Positions 1-12,223 of a stretch of 64,000 nucleotides of DNA are shown here, one piece after another; position 1 is the stretch's first letter, and the number at the start of each line of letters is the position of its first letter. Origin of the DNA: Euprymna scolopes (taxonomy: Eukaryota); assembly GCA_053919585.1 (NCBI GenBank), contig CM132794.1; one strand, given 5' to 3'. A model generated the notes under the pieces. It was not told the origin of the DNA, ran no database searches, and was given only the letters and a program-made list of their open reading frames with translations. Made by a program: the position numbers and the translations under genes.

Positions 1-33
1 TTTATATAGTTTTCAAGGTTAAAAACTTACAAG

Positions 34-36
<3 letters not shown>

Positions 37-113
<77 letters not shown>
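37..113. repeat. (TA)n + (TAGT)n microsatellite; many others in the window, e.g. (CAT)n 4114-4156, (TG)n 17198-17262, (AG)n 20345-20400, 55186-55229, 57830-57897
   Basis: Direct inspection. Confidence 0.95.
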
Positions 114-114
<1 letters not shown>

Positions 115-959
115 CCATTGATATATTTGTCATGTACAGGATTCACGTTTCAACTAATTAACTAATCATTATGAATTTTAACACATAACTGCTAAGAATA
201 AGAGGTTCAAATGTGAGCTATATTAAGGTTAATTTAGTTTAATGTAGGGGGATGAAAAAAAGGTGGATTGAGACTTTTCATGAAAATTCGGATACATTTT
301 ATTTTTATTAAATTTTAACAATAGTTATTCACCGTCAATTAATATATATTCTACAAATTTCACTTTCTGGACGTATTTTAATGGGATTTTAGTGACCATG
401 GTATGAGCACAATCTCCTATTTGAATATTCAAGAATATCAGATTCCTATTTTTAATACGAATAAAAAAAATGTTCAATGCATTTACAAAAATATGAAACT
501 TATTTTTTTTTTTACTATGTCTTTACGCTCAAATAATAATTAAGATCGTATCATTATCATCAGCAGCATCATCGGTGTAATATCCGTTTTACATATTAGT
601 TACTATAAATTTAATAAAAAATGATATTTTATTTTTTTAGTTTATCTATTGAACATACATTTTCAGTCGTTCTGTTTGCGATTGTAAAAGATTGAAATTG
701 AGACATTTTAAGAATAGATTCTATCTTTGAAAATCTAGCCCATTCTTTAAATAATCAGGATTGATGGGATCCTTAATAAATTACTTGAAACGTTAAACTT
801 TACTGACCAAATATTTTTATAGGAAAATTACCCCCTTTTTTTTTTTTTTTGCAAAATATTCCTCTGTATCTTCATCATTTTCTTTTTCTTCATTAATAAA
901 TCATTTTTTATTACTAGATTAGATTTTTACCATTATTTGTTCCACTTTGATTTGGTTTA

Positions 960-2100
960 ATCTGTTAACAAGCCTACAACAGAAGTAATACGAAAGAGTT
1001 GGTAAAAATACATGAAGACCTTCTATTACAGAAAACTGGAAGAATGGGCCAATCAACACTGTGCCAAGTATTTACTGGATGAACTATCACAGTAATATAT
1101 AAATACGGAAGGCTTTGTAGACCAGCTGAGAATAAGATCGTTCACTATGTTCAGAAAAGAATGGTAATGGCCGCCCAAGATCAAGGCTTGATGATCAATG
1201 TTTATATAAAAAAAATCAGTGGTCTCAGTGACAACAAGTGCAGGTTCTGCCACACAGAAGTAGAGAGTGTGAACCATCTGAAATCTGATGCAATTCTGAA
1301 TTTTTGAGATGAGATGTGAATGCTTGTGTTATGTTGATTAATCGGACTATTATTCTCATCTTGGGTGTTATTAGCACATCGTTTCGGTCGTTGCAACCTG
1401 CGACCTTCTTTTTCTCTACTAAGGAAAAGAGGGTTGGCTCTTTTCTTTAGTAGAGAAAAAGAAGCATGTTTTCAACACCCAAAGAAGGTTGCAGGTTGCA
1501 ACAACCGAAACGATATGCTAATAAGACCCAAGATGAGAATAATAGTCCGATTAATCAACATAACACAAGCATCTGAAATCTTGTTTAAAGCTCTGCTGGG
1601 GGATGGCTATTAAGCAGTGTGACACAATGGAGTGTGAAAATATCTCCACTGGAAAATCTGAATATCCAATGAAGCAGTAAGTCATGGGAGCATGATATAC
1701 CAGAAAGAACAGTTGAAAATACACCATCCATTATGACTCCTACAAGTATGTACCTGGAAAACACAGTTACTAAGTCTGATATCGTGATATGGGACAAGAT
1801 GGAGAAAGTAACAACCATAGTTGAAGTCCCTAATGATGATGGCTTTAACATAACTTAGAGGAAGAAGATAACGATCTTCATCATTCTAGTAATTATAGGA
1901 GCAATTGGACATTGTGAAAAAGAATTTCAAAAACTACCTAGTGATTATACCCAATGAACCAAGTGCAAGAGAAACACAAACAATTGCACTCAAAGGAACG
2001 ATTGGAATCTTTAAAAGATCTCTCGGTTGGAGTGACTGCAATAATGGGTGAATGTCTGGCATAGGATAGAATGCTCTATCTGCAGCAAAACAAAATGTTA
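960..2100 (+). mobile_element. Decayed R4/Dong-like non-LTR retrotransposon (CCHC + restriction-like endonuclease), interrupted at 1287-1569
   Basis: Fragmented DNKCRFCHTEVESVNHL, KYLHWKI, DIVIWDKMEKVTTIVEV, IIIGAIG, TQTIALKGTIGIFKRSLGW; homologous sequence at 22430-22700. Confidence 0.7.
1287..1569. repeat. Fold-back insertion: two head-to-head copies of the minimal-hammerhead repeat family
   Basis: Arms 1320-1411 / 1481-1572 (4 mismatches); inner hairpin 1405-1431 / 1438-1464; 12-bp direct repeat CATCTGAAATCT at 1275-1286 and 1570-1581. Confidence 0.85.
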
Positions 2101-4113
2101 AGAAATTCTTCTTGAATGACTAACAATGATAAATCTCTTCACTTCTATATTATCATTATAGATAATATAGAAGTAAGGCAGCTATTATTTTGTTAGCTAA
2201 TTTACATTTGTGTTTATGGTGTGTTTGGACACATTCTGTGAATTAGCTACAAAAAGAAAGTTACTGTTTATCCCAGAGACATTTAAAAATATTATAGAGG
2301 TGTTAAATCAACACAGAGTGAGAGAAGGTGAGAGAAATATGTAGTTGAGTGAGAGATGGTTGACTTGTTTAGTTAATTACAATTTGCAGTTAAATAGAAA
2401 ATTAAAATGGAATTTTTTCGAATACAACTCAATCCTAGAACTAAATATTATTTTCGCATGTATTTTGTGTCATTAAACTATATAAAAAAAAAAAGGTCTT
2501 AGGAAAACAAAGATTGATGGACTCCATAAATTTTATTAATCCTATTTTCATAAGGAAAACTGAATATGTCTTTCTATACTGCCTAGATTTCTCTCCATGC
2601 AACACATATCCTCAACCCTCACTTTTGTACTTGGATGCTTTGATTCAAAGACAAATAACATTTCAACCATAGGAACTGCAGTGTAATTACTGCACACAAG
2701 AGCGAGCAAAACTTTTCCATGTTTCATGACAAATTTTAGATTGGATTCAAGTAAAAAAATTGACTATTGAGAGACTCAGCGTTTTACTTTAGAGTATAGA
2801 TTGGTTTTCAAGATGGCTTAATACATTGCAATATTCAATGTTCCTTTATTTATAAAGTCCCCCGAGTTCCTGTTGAGCAAATTCCCTTCAATAATCAAGT
2901 TATATCCAATTTTCACCATTACTACACTGTTGTCCTGATGACCACACTCATTAACCCTTATTCTTGAGTGACCTTAAGGCTTTAATAAGTGGTTGTAAAA
3001 AAAACTCATACCATTTGAAGAGAAACAAAACCAAACAAGCCATCAGACTTCCGGAGGAAAGAGTGGTATAATGGATACCAACTCAAGCTATATAATCAGT
3101 TCAAAAGTTCAAATAACACGCTGTTGAGAAAGGTATGAACTTACCCCTCCCGCATCCGATTTTATCTTTAGTGACACTTTTATAATTGGTGAATTGTATT
3201 TCATCTTTAAATTATCTGGAAAGTATTGATATACATAAAACAAACCCAATTAAAACATTGTCACACTTTCACCCTCGGACGAACTGATTGAATTGCGTTT
3301 TTCGAATGTCCTTCCAGAAATAATTAGAAATGTTCCAGAGTAAACTTCATTCAGGAATCTTAATGCTTTTTGAAAAAAAATTTTTCTATGACGTACAGGA
3401 TCTTCTTTTCTTTTATTCTTGGATTGATTGTAAATTTTGGATTATGGAGCACAAATTCAAAGAAGTATTTTTAGAGATAGCAAACTTCCTACACTTCCGG
3501 TGGGAGATGATGAAAACTTGTTTCTGTGCTGCTTAACAATAACGTCATTCTTCTTCTGTTGAGTTGAAGGAAGCCCCTTTAATGATGCCTTTTCATTTCA
3601 AAGTAAAAAATAAAAGACATCTACGATGACATCATACTTCACTTTTGCTAGAAATTTCTAAATGTTTTTCAGCGATTTTAGAAGAATGTTAACCTGAAAT
3701 TCTTTCATGAACGATTTAAAAAATAATCAGCCATTGTTTTTTTTATGTTAAGAAAGAATCATTTTGAATTTGCAAATATGAAATCAACAAATACAAAGAA
3801 AATCACCTCAAAATGTGCTTAAATTTGTATTAAATGTAATTAAACTGATAAATAAATTAATAAAAAAAATTTGTATTAAATATAAGTAAATTGATCATCT
3901 ATTTTGAAAGTATGCAAATACTATTGTACCTTTTCCTACCCAATTTTGTCTGAACGTTCGTCTTCTGGATTTAATGTGTTTCCCAGTGTTTCCATTCCTC
4001 TTTGATAAAAACAATGATGAGCAAAAGTCGTTTGCATTCAACCTTGACTTCAATTGTTTCTCCCACTTCCATGCATGACTAAATAAAAAAACAGTCATAC
4101 TTATATAAACACG

Positions 4114-4157
<44 letters not shown>

Positions 4158-5189
4158 GTTCTTTCTCTTTCTCTCAAATAAATTAGTTCCTCTGAAAAAT
4201 GTCAAGAAATCGAAATAACAAGAACGGAAGCATTGCGTGTGTAGTGATGAAGAAGGAAATAATCTGCCATCATTCAATGTGTAAATAATAGCATTAACTT
4301 ATTTGAATTATTTCTGCACCATCAGCTTCTTTAGCAATTAATGCATAAGCATTAGCAATGCACTGTGCTGCACAAGTTGACAATCTTTCTGCGATGGCGT
4401 TTTGTTATTATTTTCAAATCTCAGACTGTTATCCTCATCTTGATTGTTGTGTTCATAATGTTTAATTCATTACAAATTTTGGCCTTCTTCACATGCCTGT
4501 TCTCATATTTTGGCCTTCTTTCATAATGGCTTGACTTTCTTCAGGTGACATTTGTCGTAGTTTGTTAAGCTTCTGGAAATTTTAAACTGAAGCTTTTGCT
4601 TTATCTTACTAGGAACAAAAACAAGTCAAATAAAATAAAATTTTACAAAACTATAACAAAAATCACGGAATTAGATAGTAGAACGAACAAAACTTTGTGA
4701 ACATAACAACAAAGATGAGGATAATAGAAGAAAACTTGTTTTTTTAAATCAATTTGACATGTGACAGGCATGGACATAAGCGGCTGAAAACAATGTGAGC
4801 ATGCTCTTGCTAGACACACCTGTGAGGTACAAGAATTCAATATAAGGATGAATCTCATGTCATTAAGGAGTGAGGATGGTATATCGATCATAGCACATGT
4901 GGTGAATTCAGTTATAAGGAGTTGGTCTAACTAATTGCGTTAAGAGGAAGTGTGGTGTAACGAATTGAATTGCGGGGAAGTTCCGATAGTTGGATTATTT
5001 TCTTCTCCAACAACCTGAGTCACATGCAATTTACCCTTTTCTTTATCAGCGTCATCATTATCACCATATTTGGTTTAATGTCTATGGTAGATACATTTTA
5101 GAAATTGAATTTCAAATTAACCTAAATATTCTCAGGTCTTTATTTTTTCCTTATTCTCTCAAATCTATCTTTATAACTTGCACCGATGT

Positions 5190-5544
5190 TTTCCATGGCT
5201 TTGTCTTGTGAAGTGACACTTTTGACTAAACTCTTCTACATCTACAAAAAGGCTTCCCTCAGTCTTGACAGACTATGGATACCCACTGTAAAAGTGACTG
5301 TGCATGAAATTTTTGTGCCAAGAGTTGTGCAATCTCCAACCACATCTCTCCTGAGTCGACATTGTTGAATGCCAGTGGCAAGTGGAGGTTCAGGACGACT
5401 GGAAACAATGCCGAGATAAGCAGAAAGCACATACAGTGCCTAGAATTCGCATTGGTCATCCGTCTGGTACTGGCCAGACTCAATGTTGCTTAACGTCAGT
5501 GATCTGACGAGAACCGGCATGTCAACGCGATTATGCCATACAAC
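5190..5544 (-). mobile_element. 5S rRNA-derived SINE (SINE3-like) or 5S pseudogene plus body
   Basis: Reverse complement of 5427-5544 reads ...GCCGGTTCTCGTCAGATCACTGACGTTAAGCAACATTGAGTCTGGCCAGTACCAGACGGATGACC..., a diverged match to metazoan 5S rRNA; no 5S array context. Confidence 0.7.
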
Positions 5545-5559
5545 ATCTACTAACCTAAA

Positions 5560-5785
5560 ACTCTCTTCTTATACATCTACTAACCCAAGAATTTCATCTA
5601 TTCTTTCAATGTGGCCATACCATCTAAGTCTCCTGTTCTGCACATGTCTTCCTATTCAGTCCAGATTTAATTTATCTCTGTGCTCACCAGATCTAAGTCT
5701 GTCTTTAAGACTCACATTACATATCCACCTTATCATTCTCATATTATTTCTTTCCATGCAACACATATCCTCAACTCTCAGTCAT
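5560..5785 (-). mobile_element. RTE-clade LINE 3' coding fragment
   Basis: Minus frame MRMIRWICNVSLKDRLRS...VQNRRLRWYGHIER, the RTE C-terminal RLRW.GH signature. Confidence 0.65.
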
Positions 5786-5872
5786 CTTTCTAAAAATCTA
5801 ACCAAATCAGAATGTAGGGTAAATAAAATGTTGTTCAAGATAAAATGACTTTTAGGAATGGTTTATTTACTC

Positions 5873-6085
5873 AGGCCACGGGTTCTTGTCTGCAATTACT
5901 ACTTCTACGGATTAAATAAAGAGTTCTGTTCGAAATTCCATGCAGATTCCCGAGTTTGGTAGTCGGAATCATGAGTTCAACAAGATACACCTGAAGAAGG
6001 TTGGAGGTTACATCGACCAAAACATTGTGAAAATAGCAGTCAAGATGAGAACAGTAGTTTGAAAAACCCAAATAATCTGAATTTA
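5873..6085 (+). mobile_element. Minimal-hammerhead (Penelope pLTR-like) repeat copy
   Basis: CACCTGAAGAAGGTTGGAGGTTACATCGACCAAAACATTGTG at 5988-6029, followed by the family tail CAAGATGAGAACAGTAGT...CCAAATAAT shared with other copies. Confidence 0.65.
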
Positions 6086-6945
6086 AAATGAATCCTGTGT
6101 TTAGTTGTTTGTGCTATTCTAGCTAATTGTTGCAGTCACTTTGCTTATTCCTTTCTCCTAGAAAATGAGAAACCTACAATATGTACAATATCTCGAGAGA
6201 CATACATCATCAAGTACATACATTAGTAGATTGCACTGACTTTACTCTTATCTGGGGTGGGTGGGAGTAATCTATAAAGTACAGAAGGACAGAAACGAAC
6301 TTTTTATACATACTTAAATAATATCCTTACTTTCATAAAACAGATTGGGTTTTACATAAAATGTAACAACCCACTTGAGAACAATGCAGCATATAATGAA
6401 AAGAATGCAACTACAATAAAGAATTTAAGTGCAATTACTTTGTTATGTAGCTGAATATGAAGTTTGATTATCCTGTGCCTGGCTCTGAACGTGTGACGTC
6501 ACTCATGTTATGTTGTCACCCTCCTTTTATTCAAACATTCAATATGACGTGACTGACGTTCATTAATCATTGTCTGTAGAGTCTTTCAGCACTTCCCAAA
6601 TTAACATTTCTTAGCATTTAACTAAAATATATGTAAATGCACAACAAATATTGTTTGTTACGCACCTTTTTTGTTCATCACTTTGATGCTGAAAAGATTT
6701 TTTTTGACGCTTTTCACCATTCATGCATTTCTTCAACAAATTCTGGGCATTTACTCAAGTGGACACTGCTTATTTCATCTCAACTTAATAAAAATGTCGT
6801 AAACAAATCATTTTTATTAATGATAAATCGATTTTGAAATGAATTTTTTCATCATTTTTAACTAAAATTTTAATTGGAATGAATTTAATTGCAGACAATT
6901 TTTACCAATCTTATGTTTCAAAAGCAAAGAAACTGTAATTAAATG

Positions 6946-7214
6946 AACTGCAAGAACTGTTTTAACTGTAAGAACTGTTTTAACTGCAAGAACTGTTTTA
7001 ACTGTAAGAACTGTTTTAACTGTAAGAACTGTTTTAACTGTAAGAACTGTTTTTAACTGCAAGAACTGTTTTAACTGTAAGAACTGTTTTAACTGTAAGA
7101 ACTGTTTTAACTGCAAGAACTGTTTTAACTGTAAGAACTGTTTTAACTGCAAGAACTGTTTTAACTGTAAGAACTGTTTTAACTGTAAGAACTGTTTTAA
7201 CTGTAAGAACTGTT
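6946..7214. repeat. 18-bp minisatellite (AACTGYAAGAACTGTTTT) x ~15
   Basis: Direct inspection; one unit carries an extra T near 7050. Confidence 0.95.
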
Positions 7215-7650
7215 GATTTGTCATTGATATAATGTTTATTTATTGGTAAATTTTTATTAATTTGTTGTCGATTTGTTCTGAAACAAAAAGAAAAAAAACT
7301 AATTAGTTTAATTATTTTTTATTATTTTTGTTATTTAATAACAAAAGCAAGTAGTGTTTCCTGTAGTCCGAGTAACAATAAGTCTAACAGATTTCCAGTA
7401 CATGCTGCTTTTTCTGATTACAGTTACAGATTTTTTCATGTTCTCGCAATAGCCGTTTACCAATTTTTACTAATAACAGCTGTTGTCTTTCGTTGGAATG
7501 TGAGTGACAATAAGTCTCTTTAGGAGTACTCACCATGCCCTTCCAGCTGAGGTCTGGATGGAGTTCTCTCTTCTCGATCTTTTGTGTATAGGGCAAGAAA
7601 AGGAGTGTCAGATCATGGGGCTCTTCTCACATATCTGTTCTTCTCTTAGA

Positions 7651-7837
7651 TTATTATCATTATTATTAATGATATTATCATCATCAATATTAATAATATT
7701 ATCATCATTATTAATATTCATAATATTATTATTATCATTATTATTATTATCAATGATATTATTATCATCAATATTAATAATATTATCATCATTATTAATA
7801 TTCATAATATTATTATTATCATTATTATTATTATTAT
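7651..7837. repeat. ATT/ATC-derived low-complexity array with an 84-bp higher-order duplication
   Basis: GATATTAT... unit starts at 7671 and 7755. Confidence 0.85.
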
Positions 7838-8409
7838 TACTCCATAGGAGCTTTCACACAGGCCGTAAAAGATTTCTCTTTCAGAACAACCTATGGTGTT
7901 CCCTGGAGTCTGCGTGACAATGTCTTCCCAGATTTCCAGTACTCTCTTTCAATAAACTTTACAACTTCAACTGTACTATTGCAATGATTTCCCATTGGTA
8001 GTAACCATTAGTATTTACTGGAATTTGGGTGACAATAAGACTCCCCAAGTGGCAACACTTTTATTTTCAGCCTGCTGTTCTTCATCCGATGCTGCAGTTG
8101 AGTCCATTCTTCATAGGTACTCTGGTGAATGGCTGGTATGCTGCGTTTCTCAGCTGCAACTTGGTGTCGGGTTCAGGGTAGATCTGAAATCAAACCAATA
8201 TGCAATCAATAATAACTCTTATTTGGTATGGCGCCTGTTTATAGCGACACACGAGCAAAAAATGGTGGAAGGCAGGGACGCAGGAGGATTAACTTACAAT
8301 TAAACAGTTTCAGTTTTCATGATTCCATGTAAAGTTTCTTTGTGTTTTACATCTGTAACAGATGTTTTGCATCTGTAACAGATGTTTTGCATCTGTATGC
8401 CCAGTTTTT

Positions 8410-9436
8410 ACCTGTAGTTCATGTGTGTTAGTCTTCATTTAAGGATTTACCTTAATATTTTAGCTGTTTTCATTATCGTTGTCTGTTGTATCTTATCAGC
8501 CATCCATCTGATTCCAATCTCTCCCATTCTTTTTTTTTTCTTTTTAAAGGTTTTGGTATTGTTCCTAGCACTCCAACTATTATTGGTGTTATTACTATTA
8601 GTGGTATCTTGACTTCCTTCATCTTCCAAATCACTTGGAGCTTTCTGGTCAGTTCTGTGTATTTGGTCCACTTCTCTGTCTCCTTGATCTTCACTTTGTG
8701 ATCTGCTGGAACGGCAAAATCTATAATCTGGTAGGACTTGTTAATTATTATAACATCAGGTCTTCTTGCTTGGATAGGTTTATCCGTTTGTATATCCATA
8801 TCTCGTAGAATTTTGTCTTTCATTTTAAAGTAAGTGCTGGTTTGTGCTTGCACCATTTTCTGGATGTTCAAGATGCAATTATCTGCATGATTCCCAGTTG
8901 ATCGTGTCTATCTTTATATTCTTTTTGGCCTAGTTTGTTGCAGTTGGTTATTATGTAGTTCATTGTTTTGTCTCTTTGTCGCAGAGTTTGCATTTGTTGT
9001 TTTCTTGGGTCTTGTCGATCATTGCTTTGATATAATTCATGATGTGGTTTAATGAAAACTAAAAGTGCATTATCTTGTGCGACTCTTATTAGGAATTCAG
9101 TTTCTCTGTTTATATTTCCTTTTTGTAGTCATGTCCAGGTGTTTTCGTTCGTCTCGTCTTTTGTCACTCTTATGAATCGTCCATGTAGCTGTAGCTCTTC
9201 CCATTTTCTATCCTTGTCTTATCCCTCGTCTCTTCTCTTTCTATCTTGTTTCTTCAGTGTATCTTGCTGCGGTAATTATTCTTTCCGTGTTCTGCATTAT
9301 ATCTTTCTAATTCTTGGCATTTTCTTAGTATATTGTTCAAGGGCATCATAACTATGATGAAAAGTAGCGATAATAGGGAATCACCTTGAAATCTACCTCT
9401 TTGTATTTTGATCTCAGTTATGTATTGTCCATCAGC
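8410..9436 (-). mobile_element. Decayed R4/Dong-like RLE retrotransposon abutting (ATT)n; further 3'-end pieces at ~7360-8090
   Basis: IQRGRFQGDSLL (RT), TWTxLQKGNINRETE, ARRPDVIIINK..IIDFAVPADHKVKIKE.EK..KY (PD..D endonuclease), IIVGVLGTIPK. Confidence 0.85.
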
Positions 9437-9482
<46 letters not shown>

Positions 9483-9816
9483 GCTAACAAATATATATTC
9501 CTTCCTTACATATTTTGACTAGCCTGGGAAGATGGTCTCATGGTCCAAAAAAAAAAATACTAGACTACTCCCTTTACCCACCCACGAAAATGAAGAGATA
9601 ATACCCAGGATGATGGTATCATGATAACAGATTAGATACCGCAATACCTCCTCTTGAATTGAGCATTAAAAGATGGTATAATAGTATGTTTATTAGAACT
9701 AATGGAAATACAAAATCTGTGTTAGTAAAAAATTTTAAAAAGGTGAAATTCAAATTGATCGCTTTTTTCAGTTTTATCAACATTTATTTTGACGTGTTAT
9801 TTGCTTATTCTTGCAG

Positions 9817-9915
9817 GGTCCAATTGTATTGCTGAATTGTGTGCCAGAGAAAGACTTAAAGAATCTCACAATTTTCCAGAAATCGTTATTATGGAAGATT
9901 TTCTGTATTCATAAA
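9817..9915 (+). CDS. Exon A of divergent dynein heavy chain (DNHD1-like), internal exon, phase 0-0
   Basis: ttcttgcag| acceptor and |gtaaga donor; 99 nt; GPIVLLNCVPEKDLKNLTIFQKSLLWKIFCIHK resembles the dynein LTxFQKLLLxRxLRPDR segment before AAA6; joins in frame with exon B. Confidence 0.8.
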
Positions 9916-10069
9916 GTAAGACAACAAAGTTTCTTCTATTTTCAGACAAAAAAACATTTGGAAAGTTTCTTGTATTTTCAAACTAAAAAAACATTTTACC
10001 AGCTGCGAAGCATCCCACCATCACCACAAAAACTTTAGAGAAGTATTTTAAATGATCTCAAAGTTGCTT

Positions 10070-10330
10070 AGTGTCATTATGGCAAGTGCTCGTCTGAGCT
10101 TCAATCTATGCCCTCCCCCTCTTGCGAAACTTTCACAAAAAACACTCGTCTGGCTAAAACTACTATCAATAATTCCCCCACTCTTTATCTGTGCCTAAAC
10201 CTAAATGTAAATTCCATGAATTAAGCTTCTTTCTTAGAACTGCATGCCTGTGGAACTGTTCCGTTTGCTTACTTTCCAGCTGACTACAATATGGTTGTCT
10301 TCAAGTCCAACGTAAACAAGTTCTTCATGA
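10070..10330 (+). mobile_element. CR1/Zenon-like LINE 3' fragment
   Basis: Nucleotide match to the 3' coding end of the copies at 30420-30700 and 61800-62070. Confidence 0.8.
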
Positions 10331-10489
10331 TCCTTTAGTATCTAATTTACCAAATTTTGGTACTTGTGCATTTAACGAACCAGACGTAACTCAGCTGTCT
10401 GATGAAAAATGGTCATCAGCCAATCAAAATGCTGTGCGCTGAGTTTCTACTTGACGCATGTATGCGCGTCGCGCAGCAGACAAGAATTT

Positions 10490-10930
10490 TGATATGGGCG
10501 TTCGAGATGGCGGCGACTAGGAATCTCCAGCGCGAATGTGGGTTGTGGTCACACCACACAATTGTGGACTGGAAGAATTTCCTGAATGCTGAAACCCTCC
10601 TTCCACTAATAAGAAAATATATTCTGCCGGGGGCCACGGTCATATCAGACTGTTAGAGGGCTTACAGCAAAGTGGGAGGAGAGGAGGGGGTATCACCATT
10701 TAATGGTGAACCACAGCCTTAATTTTGTAGATCCCGCCGTGACACCGGCAACAACAAATAATGTGGAGCGGATGTGGAAGGAAGCAAAACAGCGCAATAA
10801 ACGAGAATGCGGAACCAACCTGGAGCTTTTGGACACATATCGTTTAGAGTTTATGTGAAGACAAAAGTTTGGTAGACAGCCGTTTGACTCCATATTAACC
10901 CACATCGCTGAAAGCTACCCGGTTGGTAAG
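10490..10930 (+). mobile_element. Merlin / ISXO2-like (IS1595 family) DDE transposase fragment
   Basis: AETLLPLIRKYILPGATVISDC*RAY, then HHLMVNHSLNFVDP and TNNVERMWKEAK in shifted frames; stop and frameshift present. Confidence 0.75.
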
Positions 10931-11409
10931 GAGCTTCCTATCACATTCGCTATCTCATCTCTGTCCACTTTGTCGTCTGATGCCCTCCAAAAGTCTGAGG
11001 AAAATACATTCTCCTGAAAAAATATGTTCGGCCAAAAAAAAAAAAAAAGAAAACGAATCTCACAGGGATTCTGGTTTAAAAAAAATAAATAAATAAATAA
11101 ATTTTCCTTGTTCTTGGCCCCCCCAAAAAATCCTAGTTTAAAAAAAAAAGTTTTGTTCCTTTCATTTTTCTTACGATTTTTTTTTTTTTACGCATATAGT
11201 TGAAAAAAAAATGTTCATAAAAAACAATTACTAACTCTTATTTGTTTAAAAAAATATCCTACAAATATCATTTTTGTTGGTTATTTTACGTAAATAGTTG
11301 AAAAAAAAACATGTTTCATTAAAAAACATAATTACTATTATTTGTTTACAAAAATGTTTTATAGGTATTTATTTTGCAAACAGAAAACAATTTCAAACAA
11401 TAATACTAA

Positions 11410-11640
11410 TCTATAAATATAAAAGCGAAAATGTATGTATGTGTGTTCGCTTTTTCTGTATGTCTACAAAAGGCTTCTTTCAGAGAAGCGGTCGCTCGCT
11501 TCACAACTTTTTAAAACTTTTTATATCACATATAAATCGTAATATCTCAGAGTTAACAACGAAGCTCGCCTGTCTATTTAATTTGCTCGATTTCGGGAAG
11601 ATAAATATTCAACATTTGTCGCTCGCCGCATGTGGGTTAG
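11410..11640 (+). mobile_element. Short non-autonomous Helitron-like element
   Basis: A|TCTATAAATATAAAAGCG start, GTAT microsatellite, GC-rich subterminal segment, TTAG|T end. Confidence 0.5.
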
Positions 11641-12054
11641 TCTTTTTCCTATAACATCGTGAGGAATTGCAAGATTTCCAGCGTCAATTTCATCTGTTTC
11701 CTTTTAATTTGGAATGATGAGAGTCGCAATCTTTATTTTGCCAAACATGCAATATGCAAAACAACTTGTGTATACCGCCTCTATTCACCCCACAAGATTA
11801 GAAAAGATTAAAAAGCTTTGCAATACTATAACCAATAGTTAAGACTTTTCTTTATGGTTATTGAGCCGTTTTAAGGCACTTTAGTTAATTTGTTCGTTAT
11901 AAAAACTGAATATTAAATATTATCAGATTACCTGTAGTCTGTAGCGTAGTAAAGATTAAATAAATGGTTTCCTTTCATTCGTAAATGTTTTTATGTTTTT
12001 TTTTTGTTTTGTTTTCAGTCATAAAAATTATTTTTTTATTTTTTTTGTTATTAG

Positions 12055-12223
12055 TTTAGTGAATTGTGTCAAAATCTGATTGTTGCTGAACTTGGCAGTT
12101 TGTTGATTCCACCCGACAATTACAATGTTCGAGATGCTTACAAACTGACAAAAAGCAACACGCCGATTCTATTACTTCTACCGTCGCCATTAAAAGCTAA
12201 CCAACAAGTTGATGGCATTCAGG
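12055..12223 (+). CDS. Exon B of DNHD1-like dynein heavy chain, phase 0-1 (absent from the ORF track)
   Basis: Poly-T tract ttgttattag| and G|gtaagt; 169 nt open: FSELCQNLIVAELGSLLIPPDNYNVRDAYKLTKSNTPILLLLPSPLKANQQVDGIQ(G), matching the dynein pattern F....LG..F.EPP.F.L...Y..S...TPLIFILSP. Confidence 0.85.

Noticed and set aside
5427-5544. Functional 5S rRNA gene
   Set aside because: Too diverged, single, embedded among retroelement fragments and continuing into a SINE-like body.
6862-7224. 120-aa ORF with LQLKQF/TVKTVL repeats; also a CRISPR-like appearance
   Set aside because: Translation of an 18-bp head-to-tail minisatellite with no unique spacers and no cas genes; eukaryotic intron.
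7504-7917. Hydrophobic 137-aa ORF resembling a membrane protein
   Set aside because: Product of ATT/ATC low-complexity repeats.
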